The notes below the pieces were generated by a model that saw only the letters and a program-made list of their open reading frames with translations, was not told where the DNA came from and made no database searches. Positions 26,924 to 37,288 of a stretch of DNA of 64,000 nucleotides are shown one piece after another; position 1 is the stretch's first letter, and each line of letters starts with the position of its first letter. This DNA comes from an uncultured Gammaproteobacteria bacterium. Its GTDB lineage: Bacteria; Patescibacteriota; Patescibacteriia; Magasanikbacterales; GWA2-37-8. Made by a program: the position numbers and the translations under genes. Where the stretch lies: positions 212,663-276,662 of the forward strand of contig CAZEDL010000001.1 in the NCBI GenBank assembly GCA_964510885.1, read 5' to 3'.

Positions 26924-28369
26924 CTACTGTGATTCAGCTTGTAAATGGTGACCAACCCGTAATACCAGCGACTCACTGAGGCGTGGGCCGATGATCTGTA
27001 CGCCGACAGGCAAGCCAGCAGCGGTTTTACCGGCTGGCACTGAGAGAGCAGGGACACCAGAGAGAGCCGAGGGGCTGACCATGACATCAGCCAGGTACAG
27101 AGCCAGTGGATCAGCCGCTTTTTCGCCCACTCCAAAAGCTGGGAATGGTGAGGTGGGAGTAATTAACACATCAACAGAAGAAAACACTTGGTCAAAATCA
27201 CGACGAATCAGGGTGCGGACGGCTTGGGCTTTTTTGTAATAAGCGTCGTAGTATCCAGCGGACAGGGCGTAGGTGCCAATCAAAATACGGCGCTTCACTT
27301 CTTCGGGGAAACCCGTAGCACGAGAAGTAGCATACAGATCATAGAGATTAGCGGCTTGGGCTCTGACTCCATAGCGGACACCCTCAAGACGCGCTAAGTT
27401 AGAACTATCTTCGGAGGGCACCACGATATAATATACGGCAATGGCATATTTGGTATGGGGCAGGCTCACGGGCACAATCTGGCAGCCGGCAGATTTCAAG
27501 CGCTCAATACTGGCCTCGGTAATTTTTTTAACTTCAGGATCAATGCCGGCCATCTCTAAGTATTCCTTGGGGATACCAACTCGGAGATTACTGATAGAAT
27601 CGGTTACTGAGTCCAGATACTTTGGCACTGGATCTGAGACGGTGGTGGCATCGCGGTCATCCTGACCAGCCATTACGCCAAGCACACTGGCAGCATCAAG
27701 TACGGTCTTAGTAATCGGTCCAACCGTGTCGAGCGATGAGGCCATGGGCATGATGCCGTAGCGAGAATTGCGTCCATAACTGGGGCGCAAGCCCACCACA
27801 CCACAAAAACTGGCTGGGCAGCGGATAGAGCCGCCAGTATCTTCGGCGATACTAAAAATTGAACAATTATCGGCCACGGCGGCGGCCGAGCCGCCAGATG
27901 AGCCGCCCGCAACTTTACTGAGGTCGTGCGGATTACGCACGGGCCCGTACATACTGTTTTCATTGCTGGCACCATGACCAAAGGCATCGCAGTTATTTTT
28001 ACCGAGCAATACCCCTCCGGCAGCGGTAATTTTTTCGATGACGGTGGCGCTAAACGGTGGAATATAGTTATCGAGAATTTTAGCAGCCCCGGTAGAGCGG
28101 ACCTCACCGGTACAGATTGCATCTTTCACAGAAAATGGAATACCGGTGAGCGATTTAGCTTCACCACGGGCAATTATTTTATCAGCGGCAGCCGCGGCCA
28201 AGAGCGCACTGTCTTCATTCACTGTGATGAAGGCGTTAGTTTCAGGATTGCGCTGTTTGATACGGTTAAGGCAGGCAGTGGTGAGTTCGACGGCCGAGAA
28301 TTCTTGGTTATCAAGGCCAGCTCGAGCTTCTTTTATCGTTAATTCGTTGAGATTCATACAATTATTCAA
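26924..28369 (-). CDS. gatA: Glutamyl/aspartyl-tRNA amidotransferase subunit A
   Basis: 481 aa; amidase signature GGSSGGSAAAVA. Confidence 0.85.
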   Translation of the reverse strand: MNNCMNLNELTIKEARAGLDNQEFSAVELTTACLNRIKQRNPETNAFITVNEDSALLAAAAADKIIARGEAKSLTGIPFSVKDAICTGEVRSTGAAKILDNYIPPFSATVIEKITAAGGVLLGKNNCDAFGHGASNENSMYGPVRNPHDLSKVAGGSSGGSAAAVADNCSIFSIAEDTGGSIRCPASFCGVVGLRPSYGRNSRYGIMPMASSLDTVGPITKTVLDAASVLGVMAGQDDRDATTVSDPVPKYLDSVTDSISNLRVGIPKEYLEMAGIDPEVKKITEASIERLKSAGCQIVPVSLPHTKYAIAVYYIVVPSEDSSNLARLEGVRYGVRAQAANLYDLYATSRATGFPEEVKRRILIGTYALSAGYYDAYYKKAQAVRTLIRRDFDQVFSSVDVLITPTSPFPAFGVGEKAADPLALYLADVMVSPSALSGVPALSVPAGKTAAGLPVGVQIIGPRLSESLVLRVGHHLQAESQ

Positions 28370-28649
28370 ATACGGCCGGTACTACCAGCTGGTCATGTTT
28401 AACATCTGGAAAACGCTTAATCAGCGCCGCAGACAAGCCGCTATCAACAACAGTATCAGGCCGAGTAACATCAGTAAGCCCGGTAACTTGAGACGTGGGT
28501 TCGACACCGGTAGTGTCAACTTCGTTTAAGATGGTCATGTAATCGAGCACCGCTGAAATTGTAGTGGCATAACGAGCTTCCTCGGCGGCACTAAGCTTAA
28601 GACGAGCCAAGGTGGCAATTTTTCGGATTTCTTCGGAAGATAGATTCAT
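28362..28649 (-). CDS. gatC: Glutamyl/aspartyl-tRNA amidotransferase subunit C
   Basis: 95 aa GatC pattern, overlaps gatA start by 8 bp. Confidence 0.75.
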   Translation of the reverse strand: MNLSSEEIRKIATLARLKLSAAEEARYATTISAVLDYMTILNEVDTTGVEPTSQVTGLTDVTRPDTVVDSGLSAALIKRFPDVKHDQLVVPAVFE

Positions 28650-28744
28650 AGGGTAAAATAGCGTATCTAGTATATAAAATCGGCTTCAATCTGGCAACTT
28701 AACGAGGCCAGTGGCAGCTTGAAAAAATTGCAAAACTGGCTATA

Positions 28745-29197
28745 ATGCACCATATGATAAAAACTACCCATACTATAGCTGAAACAGAGGCCCTGGCCAC
28801 CGAGATTGCCCACCGACTGCGGGGAGGCGAAGTTCTCTGCCTGCATGGCGACATGGGGGCAGGAAAAACGACTTTTACCAATGGGTTAGTACAGGCGCTT
28901 CACGGCACAAGTGCTGTGTCCAGCCCCACTTTTACACTCATGAACCTCTATCCAGCTGCAGGGCCGGCTATAAAGACCATCGTTCATATTGATACCTATC
29001 GCCTGGAAAATGAAGCTGAATTAGTGGCCATTGGGGCCGAAGATTATATTGGAACTCCGGGCACAGTGACGGTGATTGAATGGCCTGAGAAAGTCAATGG
29101 CTTGTTGCACGATACCGTTCGGATCGATATTTATTTTGAACATGGAGACAAAGGTAGCCGCAGCATCCGCTACGATGAAGCTGCGTTGCCACTTTAG
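28745..29197 (+). CDS. tsaE: tRNA threonylcarbamoyladenosine biosynthesis protein TsaE
   Basis: P-loop GDMGAGKTTF, ~150 aa. Confidence 0.8.
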   Translation: MHHMIKTTHTIAETEALATEIAHRLRGGEVLCLHGDMGAGKTTFTNGLVQALHGTSAVSSPTFTLMNLYPAAGPAIKTIVHIDTYRLENEAELVAIGAEDYIGTPGTVTVIEWPEKVNGLLHDTVRIDIYFEHGDKGSRSIRYDEAALPL

Positions 29198-30462
29198 TTA
29201 TCAGACTTCTTTGGTTTAACTTGTAAATATTTCTTACCTCTCACTTCTTTAGGGAGGTATTCCTGACTAACCTCGCCGTCATAGGCGGGGTTATATTTAT
29301 ACCCTTTACCATACTCAAGCTCTTTCATTAATTTGGTCGGGGCATTACGCAAATGGAGTGGCACACCGAGATGAGAGGTGGCCCGGGCATCAGCGGCGGC
29401 GGCTTGGTAGGCGCTGTAGAGCAGATTAGACTTATTTGATTTGGCGCAATAGACCACGGCCTGAGCCAAGTGAACAGTACATTCTGGATAACCGATCTTG
29501 TGGCAAGCATCGTAGGCAGCGTTGGCCTGAATCATAGCTTCGCTATTAGCCATGCCAATATCTTCGCTTGCAAAGCGCAGAACACGGCGTGCAATATAAA
29601 GCGGATCAGCTCCGCCCTCGAGCATGCGAGCCAGCCAATAGAGCGAAGCATCGGCATCGCTGCCGCGCATGGATTTGTGCAGGGCCGAAATAAGATTATA
29701 AAATTCTTCACCGCGCTTATCAAAGATCAGGTGAGTGCGCTGCAACGCTTCTTTTATATCGGCTGCAGATAGCACCATTCCCATTTTTGATTTTGATTTT
29801 TTAGATTGATTTTTTTTCGACTGTACGGCAATCTCAAGGCCGTTTAGTGCCGTACGGGCATCACCCCCTGAAAGTTCAGAGAGCAGTGTAAGCGTGTCGT
29901 CATCGATAGCAACCCTTTCGTGGCCGAGGCCATGATTGGTATCGGCAAGGGCATGAGAAATAATTTTTTTAAGATCAGGAGCGGCTAGATGTTCGAGTAC
30001 AAATACCCGAGCCCGCGATAACAATGCACCAATAATTTCAAAAGAAGGATTCTCTGTAGTGGCGCCAATCAGAGTCACTATCCCCTGCTCTACCACGGGC
30101 AATAACGCATCCTGCTGAGCTTTATTCCAGCGATGGATTTCATCAACAAACAAGAGCGTACGTTCGCCCTGTGCGGCAGCTGTTTCGGCCGCAGCAATCA
30201 TCTGGCGCAGATCTTCTTTACCGCTCATCACGGCTGAGACGCTCTGAAACGAAGCGTTTATTTGGTTGGCAATCAAGCGGGCCAAGGTGGTTTTGCCCAC
30301 TCCCGGCGGGCCCCAAAAAATAAGTGACGGCAAGTGCCCTTGATCAATCAGAGAACGGAGAGTGGTGCCGGGGCCAATGATTTTTTCTTGCCCGAAAAAA
30401 TCATCAAACGTGCGCGGACGCATGCGCTCGGCTAGTGGTGCCTGCGGCTCTACCTTAGACAT
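29194..30462 (-). CDS. rarA: Replication-associated recombination protein A (AAA ATPase RarA/MgsA)
   Basis: [11 protein letters not shown] Walker A, RarA C-terminal pattern; start chosen at MSKVEPQ… (internal Met of track ORF). Confidence 0.8.
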   Translation of the reverse strand: MSKVEPQAPLAERMRPRTFDDFFGQEKIIGPGTTLRSLIDQGHLPSLIFWGPPGVGKTTLARLIANQINASFQSVSAVMSGKEDLRQMIAAAETAAAQGERTLLFVDEIHRWNKAQQDALLPVVEQGIVTLIGATTENPSFEIIGALLSRARVFVLEHLAAPDLKKIISHALADTNHGLGHERVAIDDDTLTLLSELSGGDARTALNGLEIAVQSKKNQSKKSKSKMGMVLSAADIKEALQRTHLIFDKRGEEFYNLISALHKSMRGSDADASLYWLARMLEGGADPLYIARRVLRFASEDIGMANSEAMIQANAAYDACHKIGYPECTVHLAQAVVYCAKSNKSNLLYSAYQAAAADARATSHLGVPLHLRNAPTKLMKELEYGKGYKYNPAYDGEVSQEYLPKEVRGKKYLQVKPKKSDN

Positions 30463-31558
30463 AATTTTCAAGCGAGGCGGCCAAGCGATTGAGTAGCCGG
30501 CGCCACCAGCCACGCTTAGAGAAGATAGTTTTTGAAAAAGGAACCGCTTTTTGTTTCCAACGATTCAAAATCGTATTCAATTCTTGTACCATGGCACTTT
30601 CTTTAAACAAGAGACCAGCTTCTTCGTTCACAAAAAAACTGCGCGGCGTGAAGTTGATGCTGCCCACAAGGCCCATTTTGTCATCGATACTGAGCGCTTT
30701 GCCATGATTCATTTTTGGCAAAAAATGAAGTCTGGCACCAGCACGTTCGCTGATAGCATAAAAGGCTTCGGACACATACCGCATCAGAGCATTGTCAGTT
30801 TCAAACGGTAAGAGCACATCCACCGTCACGCCGCGGCGCCGCGCTTTTTTAACCATTTTTAGAAATCGGCGATCGGGGCGATAATAGGGAGTCAACAAAA
30901 CAATTCGCTCTTTGGCAAATTCAAATGCGTGGTCATACCATTGGCGCAAGCGGCGCGAACGTGGCATGACAATTGGCGAATGAAGAATATGCTCAACCCG
31001 GTCTTTTAAACTTTGGTCGTCATTCTTTTTCTTTTTGAGCAAATGGAGCACTGAAGTGCGCTGACCTCCGGAACGGATATAATTTTTGGCAAAACCTTTT
31101 AAAAATCCCCGTGATACCGGGCCGGTTATTTTGATATGGACATCATCCCAATCGGTGGCGAGGGATTCAACATTCACACCCCCGACAAAGGTAGTTTGTT
31201 CATCGATAATCAAAACTTTGCGATGATTACGATACCAGACGCGCTTTAACCACTGACGCACATTAAGCCCCGGATGAAGACGGTTGTACCAAATCAAATC
31301 CACTCCGGCCTGTTTAAGTTTGGCAGTGGCCGAACGTGACATGGATAAACTGCCAAAAGAATCAATCAGTAATTTTACTTCAAGACCCGCTTTGGCTTTG
31401 TCAGATAATACTTTAATAAATCGCTCCCCGGCTGCATCATCTACCAGTGCATATAGCTCCCAGTAAATCGAAGTTTGGGCAGAGCAAAGCGCCTGGTACA
31501 TAGCGTCCCAGGCAGCGAGGGTGGTATTGTAAAATTGATAGGAAAAATTAGAGGACAT
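30455..31558 (-). CDS. Phospholipase D/cardiolipin synthase-like protein (two HKD motifs)
   Basis: HRKVLIIDEQTTFVGGVN and NHGKALSIDDKMGLVGSIN HxK(x)4D motifs. Confidence 0.7.
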   Translation of the reverse strand: MSSNFSYQFYNTTLAAWDAMYQALCSAQTSIYWELYALVDDAAGERFIKVLSDKAKAGLEVKLLIDSFGSLSMSRSATAKLKQAGVDLIWYNRLHPGLNVRQWLKRVWYRNHRKVLIIDEQTTFVGGVNVESLATDWDDVHIKITGPVSRGFLKGFAKNYIRSGGQRTSVLHLLKKKKNDDQSLKDRVEHILHSPIVMPRSRRLRQWYDHAFEFAKERIVLLTPYYRPDRRFLKMVKKARRRGVTVDVLLPFETDNALMRYVSEAFYAISERAGARLHFLPKMNHGKALSIDDKMGLVGSINFTPRSFFVNEEAGLLFKESAMVQELNTILNRWKQKAVPFSKTIFSKRGWWRRLLNRLAASLENYV

Positions 31559-31765
31559 CGCTTGAGGTTTTAGTTTTTAGGTGTTAGGTTTTAGCGTCTT
31601 AATTGATGTTACTATAGCGCTCTTTTTTTGGTCTTGTCAATTTGTTAAAACTAAAAGAACCCCGACTAAATCAGGATTCTTAGCAGGTTCCCGAGACTGT
31701 GGTGTGACGAAAGTGAAGTGTCGGGAGGGCACCTCACCTTCTGAGGGTCGGCCAAGACTTGCTGG

Positions 31766-32608
31766 CTAGGGCTGAAAGGCCCGGGCGCGGATGTCTGGCG
31801 GGATGAAATCGAGCTCCATCGCGGCTGCCTGCCGCGCCATCTTTCTGACGTCGAACAGAGCTGGGCCTGCTGGATGCTGATTGAACATAATGGGCGCCAC
31901 CAAGGGCAGAAGGTTTCTTACGACCCACATCCGAATGCGCCCAAGCTGTGTTCTGACGTAGACGAGGTGACCAACCTCATCGATGAGGATTTGCTCGATC
32001 AGGTCGAGTATGCGGCGACCAGCCGTTGTTTCGGTACCGAGCAGCTGGCTCGTTTTCTCTCGAAGGGCGACGAACATGAGAACCGCTCCAATCTCACCGA
32101 CCAACCCGAGCATACTACTAATGCTGTGTGGCAGTATGGCCGCCAGGAGAAGAAAAAGCCGCATGAAGCCGCGCGGCTTGCGCATCTCGGCGTTGAGGCC
32201 GAGTACGCTCAGTGCGTCCACCAGGATGCGGGTGTGATATATCTCCTCAATTTCGATAGTGGTCATGGGATCCTTCAAATCCGTCCTTCGACGGATGGCG
32301 AGCGCGATCTCGATGGCGTAGGCCTCCGCCATGTTGACTGAGGCCAAGAGCCCAGCGAAGATTGCGATGTGCGAGCAATGCCTGATGTCCGCGACAGATA
32401 TCGCGTTGAGGACTCGGCTATATTCATCTAAACACACTTGACCATCCCACTTGACGGGGTTAGCGGCATGCTCGGAGAAATATACCTCACGCGCCGCGAG
32501 TGTATGGTTCTCGAGGCCTACCTCTCCATTGCGCTGCTTGCTCCATTGTAAGTACGCTGCAGCTTGTCGAACCCGCTCTTTCCTAGAAAGTACTCGCAGA
32601 AACTTCAT
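31766..32608 (-). CDS. Hypothetical protein with two E…ExxH pairs (possible ferritin-like diiron fold), in a GC-elevated islet
   Basis: EAYAIE…EEIYH and GEIG…DEVGH spaced ~30 aa; 280-aa ORF in ~57% GC DNA; could be partly spurious. Confidence 0.3.
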   Translation of the reverse strand: MKFLRVLSRKERVRQAAAYLQWSKQRNGEVGLENHTLAAREVYFSEHAANPVKWDGQVCLDEYSRVLNAISVADIRHCSHIAIFAGLLASVNMAEAYAIEIALAIRRRTDLKDPMTTIEIEEIYHTRILVDALSVLGLNAEMRKPRGFMRLFLLLAAILPHSISSMLGLVGEIGAVLMFVALREKTSQLLGTETTAGRRILDLIEQILIDEVGHLVYVRTQLGRIRMWVVRNLLPLVAPIMFNQHPAGPALFDVRKMARQAAAMELDFIPPDIRARAFQP

Positions 32609-32828
32609 GATAGTCTTCCTTTCTTCCCATCAATAGACGGGACTTATTACTTATAGCATATCGATGTACTTTTTGTTAGTAGACATGATTGACCGAATAA
32701 AAAGTTCTTGATATTTTAAGTACACGCGTTTAATCTCATACTGACGGTACTGTTTGGATGAAGAAAATGCTCCCCCGAGGAGTATGTTTTGTTTTAAAAC
32801 CTAAAGATAGACTTAGAGTTTTTTATTT

Positions 32829-33431
32829 ATGACAACTATTGAACAAGTTATCGACTCAATCAGATCCGGACAGATGGTGATCGTAACTGATGCGACTGAT
32901 CGAGAGAATGAAGGCGATCTAATCATGGCAGCGGAGCGAGTTAGCCCGGAAAAAATTAACTTTATGAGTCGAGAAGGGCGTGGGTTAATATGCCTTGCCA
33001 TTACTCCAGAGCGGGCGGGTGCCCTTGACCTGCCACCCATGGTGAGTGACAACACATCACTGCACCACACTAATTTTACGGTGTCGATTGATAGCCGCGA
33101 CGGAATTACCACCGGCATTGGGGCGGCCGAGCGGGCTAAAACTATTGTGGATGTGTTAAAAGATGACGCGCAGCCAGAAGATTTTTGCCGGCCTGGGCAT
33201 GTGTTTCCGATAATCGCTCACCCGGGCGGAATACTCGCTAGGCCCGGCCACACGGAGGCAGCTGTAACACTGGCGCAATTAGCTGGACTAAAACCAGCTG
33301 GGGTTATTTGCGAAATTTTAGATGCGGCTGGCAATTCATGTCGTGGAGATGATTTGACTAGGTTTGCCAAGCGACATGATTTGTTAGTTATTAGCATTGC
33401 AGAACTTATCGAGTATCTAAAGACTAAATAA
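32829..33431 (+). CDS. ribB: 3,4-dihydroxy-2-butanone-4-phosphate synthase
   Basis: 200 aa; RibB motifs (…DRENEGDL…, …HTEAAVTLA…). Confidence 0.85.
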   Translation: MTTIEQVIDSIRSGQMVIVTDATDRENEGDLIMAAERVSPEKINFMSREGRGLICLAITPERAGALDLPPMVSDNTSLHHTNFTVSIDSRDGITTGIGAAERAKTIVDVLKDDAQPEDFCRPGHVFPIIAHPGGILARPGHTEAAVTLAQLAGLKPAGVICEILDAAGNSCRGDDLTRFAKRHDLLVISIAELIEYLKTK

Positions 33432-33476
33432 GTATTAAAAAACGAACCGGTTGGCTCGTTTTTTACTTTAGATAAA

Positions 33477-33944
33477 TTATTTTTCTAAGCGGAAGTAACC
33501 GATGGTAAAGGGCAAGCCAGGAATCACGCGGTAGTGGATCTTGCCGAGATATTTTCCCGGAGACACTTCAACAATTTCATCAAGGATTGGCTTAATCCAG
33601 AATTGGTTGCCTGGCAATCGATAATCGATTTTAAAGGTTTGGATGCCGGCATCCCGGAACCCAGGGCCACTATAGGTGAAGAACGGATACTTGTTAATGG
33701 CTTCGGTGCCGACTGAGAAGCGGTTGTCACCCGTATTATCAGAGGGACGGAAGGTTTTGCCGAGCCAGTTGGCACGATAGAAGGTGGTGGATCCACGATA
33801 AAATCCTTCTGGGGGCGAACTCGGGAGCGTGCCCTTTAAAAATTCGGCTTGCTCGGGAGTATTTTTGCTTCTGATTGTTAAATACGACAGCACGATGACC
33901 AAAATTACTATGGCTGCCAAAATAAATTGAAGAAGTATTTTCAT
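33477..33944 (-). CDS. Hypothetical N-terminally anchored exported protein
   Basis: 155 aa, N-terminal TM/signal anchor. Confidence 0.4.
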   Translation of the reverse strand: MKILLQFILAAIVILVIVLSYLTIRSKNTPEQAEFLKGTLPSSPPEGFYRGSTTFYRANWLGKTFRPSDNTGDNRFSVGTEAINKYPFFTYSGPGFRDAGIQTFKIDYRLPGNQFWIKPILDEIVEVSPGKYLGKIHYRVIPGLPFTIGYFRLEK

Positions 33945-34017
33945 ACAATATTTAAATTGTTTGCATATATTACCATATAAATCTTAATATTGGTAGCGAT
34001 TTTAAAAAATAAAAAAA

Positions 34018-34350
34018 TCAAACGCTTTTTTTCTTACGTGGTTTCGGCGGTTTAAGATCCGCTGCGCAGGCTGCACATAAAGCATCAAAGCTTTCACCGT
34101 TTTCCAAAAATTCTGTACTCATAATATAAGCCGGTTTGGCACCCGGGTATGGCAAACCCGTCTTGTGCTTCGCACCAAGTATGCCAGTAGTCTGCGGCGT
34201 AATTTTAACAAACACCTGATTATCGCAGATCAAAGCTACGACTTTATTATTATAGTACAGTGCATATTCACCAAACATCGCTCGGATGCGGGCCACATGG
34301 CCATTAACTTGATCGAGCACGAATTCGGCAAAATCGCGGGTGGTGGCCAT
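34018..34350 (-). CDS. TfoX N-terminal domain protein
   Basis: RAMFGEYALYYNNKVVALICDNQVFVK matches TfoX_N core. Confidence 0.5.
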   Translation of the reverse strand: MATTRDFAEFVLDQVNGHVARIRAMFGEYALYYNNKVVALICDNQVFVKITPQTTGILGAKHKTGLPYPGAKPAYIMSTEFLENGESFDALCAACAADLKPPKPRKKKSV

Positions 34351-34406
34351 AGTTATAGTGATTTCAAAAATTATATACTACGACTGACATACCAGAATAA
34401 ATGCTG

Positions 34407-34865
34407 CTATTTTTTGCTCGAAACCGTTTGATCGATATGACCCACCTTCTTAGCGATCGCATGCACATCGGTGTGAATTTCCTCTAGCGCTTCGCTTTCC
34501 GAAACAATTTCGGCCTCGGTTTTTTCTACTAATTTTTTCTGTCCACGCAAACCAGAAATAATAATTTCATTACCAATAAAATTAGAAACAAATAAACCCG
34601 TAGACAGGGTAATTATAGTGCCGATAAGTAACGATACCGGCCCATCCCACCACGGAAAAACGGCTTGACCAAGAGCAGTCGGAGCGAAAAAACATTCCAT
34701 GATCAGATCTACGGTATTCCAAGCACCGCGCCAAAAAACCACTACCCCAAACCCGCCAATAAACGCATATACGATCGGCCGACGGCTGCACCAGCCACGA
34801 ACTTTATCTTCAAATTTATCACCCCAACGGTATATTTTTTTGAACATATTCGGTTGATTTATCAA
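34407..34865 (-). CDS. Hypothetical membrane protein
   Basis: 152 aa, 2-3 TM. Confidence 0.4.
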   Translation of the reverse strand: MINQPNMFKKIYRWGDKFEDKVRGWCSRRPIVYAFIGGFGVVVFWRGAWNTVDLIMECFFAPTALGQAVFPWWDGPVSLLIGTIITLSTGLFVSNFIGNEIIISGLRGQKKLVEKTEAEIVSESEALEEIHTDVHAIAKKVGHIDQTVSSKK

Positions 34866-35167
34866 ACTAGGATACAGAACTTATTTACTTACTATTTTTC
34901 GCATTTTATATTTAATGACCCCGTATACGCAGGAAGATTATACTAATCATTATAAAGATGCAACACAGACATTTATTAAGCGATAGGCTGAATACGTAGA
35001 GGGTATAGAATTATTTTTTGAATTAATCTGACAGCTGGTTTAATGATGTGCAGATAAACAATTAAGAAACTGTACTTTTCATGAATGAACTGAGATAAAT
35101 GTATCTTTTTTGATCTAATTTTTTGAAGTAAAAACTAAGACACCGGCATTAAAGCTGCTGTCTTAAA

Positions 35168-35184
35168 TGTAGCCCGTACGGGAA
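35168..35184. repeat. Partial (17-bp) third copy of the tRNA-Glu att core
   Basis: TGTAGCCCGTACGGGAA identical to first 17 nt of the 24-bp repeat; diverges after. Confidence 0.55.
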
Positions 35185-35342
35185 ATCTTGTGCGTCGTCG
35201 CTACGCTCCTCCTACACAAAAACCTTCGGGTTTTCGTGGGCTTTCCTCCCCAGGTAAAAAACTCCATTTCTTACCATCTTGCGTGCGATTCAGTGGATCA
35301 AAAAACAAATAAAATACTCCCTTATTAAGGGAGTATTTTATT

Positions 35343-35366
35343 TGTAGCCCGTACGGGAATCGCACC
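35343..35366. repeat. Left att direct repeat (24 bp) of integrative element
   Basis: TGTAGCCCGTACGGGAATCGCACC identical to 42063-42086. Confidence 0.7.
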
Positions 35367-35568
35367 AACTCAAGCAAATTCTGAATTTTCCTACGGTTGA
35401 GCAATTATACGCTGACGTTAGCTAAAAGTCTAATTCTCATTCGTTCTCAAGTATCCGCATCCGTACTCCCCTTTCATCACTTTTTGGCCACAGGGTGGAC
35501 ACAAACTTTTAAGATGTTCAACGGCAACACAGAGAAAGTGATATTGCGGGGAAACCCGTATAGAAAAT

Positions 35569-36228
35569 TTATGGTAGAGGAAGGTTCTTGTCCTTCTTTC
35601 CAAAAAGGACGTAAATAAAGGCTTTATAGTAAAAAAGTAAGCCTCCGGCCACTAATCCTACCCAAGTTAAAACAGAAAATAAAATTGTTTGTATATAAAA
35701 AATGTAATTTCTCTGATACTTAACTATGTCTTGATATTCACAATTATTTCGATCATCTTTATTGATAAGACAAACCAAACTTTTCTCCTTGATTGTATTG
35801 ATAACATAAGTTTTCAAAAACTCCCTTTCTTTTCCTTGGTTATCATAATAATTAGGAATAATTACAGGCAACACCGAATCAAGAGAACTCAAAATATCTT
35901 TATTGCAATAACTATCTTTAGAAAGACTATACTCCGAAAGCCACTTATAATTATTTGCTGGTTTATCAAGGCATCCTAGCTCACCTTTTGTAGCCAAAAA
36001 ATCAGGCAATACATTGGTGGAGCTATCTACACTCTTGGTATATTCATTAAGATTTGAAATAATCTTAGTATTTGAAGGTTTTAATTGTAATAAGAAATAG
36101 TACGAAATCGGTATTAGAACTATTAGTAAGGAAATAATAAGAAAGAAAACCACCTTAAATAGCCTGTGCCACCATTTAGAATTTAAGTTTAAGTCTGGGC
36201 GAAAAAAATTATTATATCTTTGCTTCAT
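35569..36228 (-). CDS. Hypothetical membrane protein (island cargo)
   Basis: 219 aa, TM near N-term and C-term. Confidence 0.4.
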   Translation of the reverse strand: MKQRYNNFFRPDLNLNSKWWHRLFKVVFFLIISLLIVLIPISYYFLLQLKPSNTKIISNLNEYTKSVDSSTNVLPDFLATKGELGCLDKPANNYKWLSEYSLSKDSYCNKDILSSLDSVLPVIIPNYYDNQGKEREFLKTYVINTIKEKSLVCLINKDDRNNCEYQDIVKYQRNYIFYIQTILFSVLTWVGLVAGGLLFYYKAFIYVLFGKKDKNLPLP

Positions 36229-36305
36229 AATATTAAAAAAATTAACGCCTCACCTTTTCACTTTCGTAAACTTGCTTAAAATATTTCCTAGTTTTCATGT
36301 TATTT

Positions 36306-36665
36306 TTATCTAAATTTTTCTACCTCATTATCATAATCCGACCTTGTATCAACCGCTTTTATTTCTTTTCCTTCTAAAATGTCCTTCAGTACAAAGGATG
36401 TATAGACTTTTTCCTTGCCATTAAAATCGGCATGTGTGACTCTGGCTAAACCTTCTAAACACGTATCCAGCTTTGTGCTGTAAAAAATTTCCAACAGAGA
36501 AAGGTTGTTATAGGGAGAATTTTCAGTGTTATACTTTTCGATATTTTGTTTTTCAGTAGAAATATAGTTTGAACATTCAAGTTTTTTCTGAAAACTAATA
36601 TCATTTTTTGCACAACCCGCACCTATCATTAGAAAAATGATCAAGAAAAAACCTATTTTTCTCAT
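36306..36665 (-). CDS. Hypothetical lipoprotein (island cargo)
   Basis: Signal peptide + lipobox IGAGC. Confidence 0.45.
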   Translation of the reverse strand: MRKIGFFLIIFLMIGAGCAKNDISFQKKLECSNYISTEKQNIEKYNTENSPYNNLSLLEIFYSTKLDTCLEGLARVTHADFNGKEKVYTSFVLKDILEGKEIKAVDTRSDYDNEVEKFR

Positions 36666-36679
36666 AAATTATTGTTAAT

Positions 36680-37288
36680 TTATCTAAAAGTACTAGTAAC
36701 GGTACTTGAACTACTCAGACCCGTGTCTGTATTAAGCACACTAGTAACAGGGGCTATTTTTTTAGAAGTCGGATGTAGAAAACTTAAAAGGCTTCCCCAA
36801 TTAAACACCACCGCAATAACCAGAACAGCAAGAAGAGTGAAAAAACCTACTATAAAAAAGCTGTTAATTTTTTTTGTAATGGCAGAAAAGGCAATTTTTG
36901 TTGTTGGTAATTGTGCTTTATAAAAAGCATACACTAAGACTAAAAATCCTAAGTAGCCTAAATATCTTTTTAAACTAGACATTTGTCCAAATGCGCTGAT
37001 AATAATATAACCAACCAAACTAACAAGCATTGTTGTAAAAGGAAGTTTTTCTTCAAGATGGGCTAATAAACTAGGGACGTATTGGATACCATAATTGTCA
37101 CCGCCACCCAGCCCTTTCCTACTAGTCCAGTCATCTGACGAAGTACCCCCACCGCTCTTAGTGCCACCCTCTTGATTAACTGAATTAGGTTGCCCAAAAC
37201 TACTGATATCCTCAAAATTATCAGTATCTATAGAAACTCCGGTTGGTTTTTCGTTCGTATTCCTAGAATCAACCGCTCCGTTATTCAT
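36680..37288 (-). CDS. Hypothetical membrane protein with Gly/Ser-rich N-terminal region (island cargo)
   Basis: 202 aa; GGTKSGGGTSSDD low-complexity then 3-4 TM. Confidence 0.4.
   Translation of the reverse strand: MNNGAVDSRNTNEKPTGVSIDTDNFEDISSFGQPNSVNQEGGTKSGGGTSSDDWTSRKGLGGGDNYGIQYVPSLLAHLEEKLPFTTMLVSLVGYIIISAFGQMSSLKRYLGYLGFLVLVYAFYKAQLPTTKIAFSAITKKINSFFIVGFFTLLAVLVIAVVFNWGSLLSFLHPTSKKIAPVTSVLNTDTGLSSSSTVTSTFR

Noticed and set aside
31700-31800. Possible RNase P RNA fragment (GAAAGGCCCGGGCGCGG resembles the P4 GAAAGUCCGGGCUCC motif)
   Set aside because: Only one short motif-like stretch is present. Other universally conserved rnpB segments (ACAGAA…CCGGCUUA, GUAAGAGCGCACC) are absent nearby, and there is not enough room before flanking genes.
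32640-32828. FMN riboswitch upstream of ribB
   Set aside because: The 190-bp leader was inspected. None of the conserved RFN-element segments were found; the region is simple AT-rich sequence.
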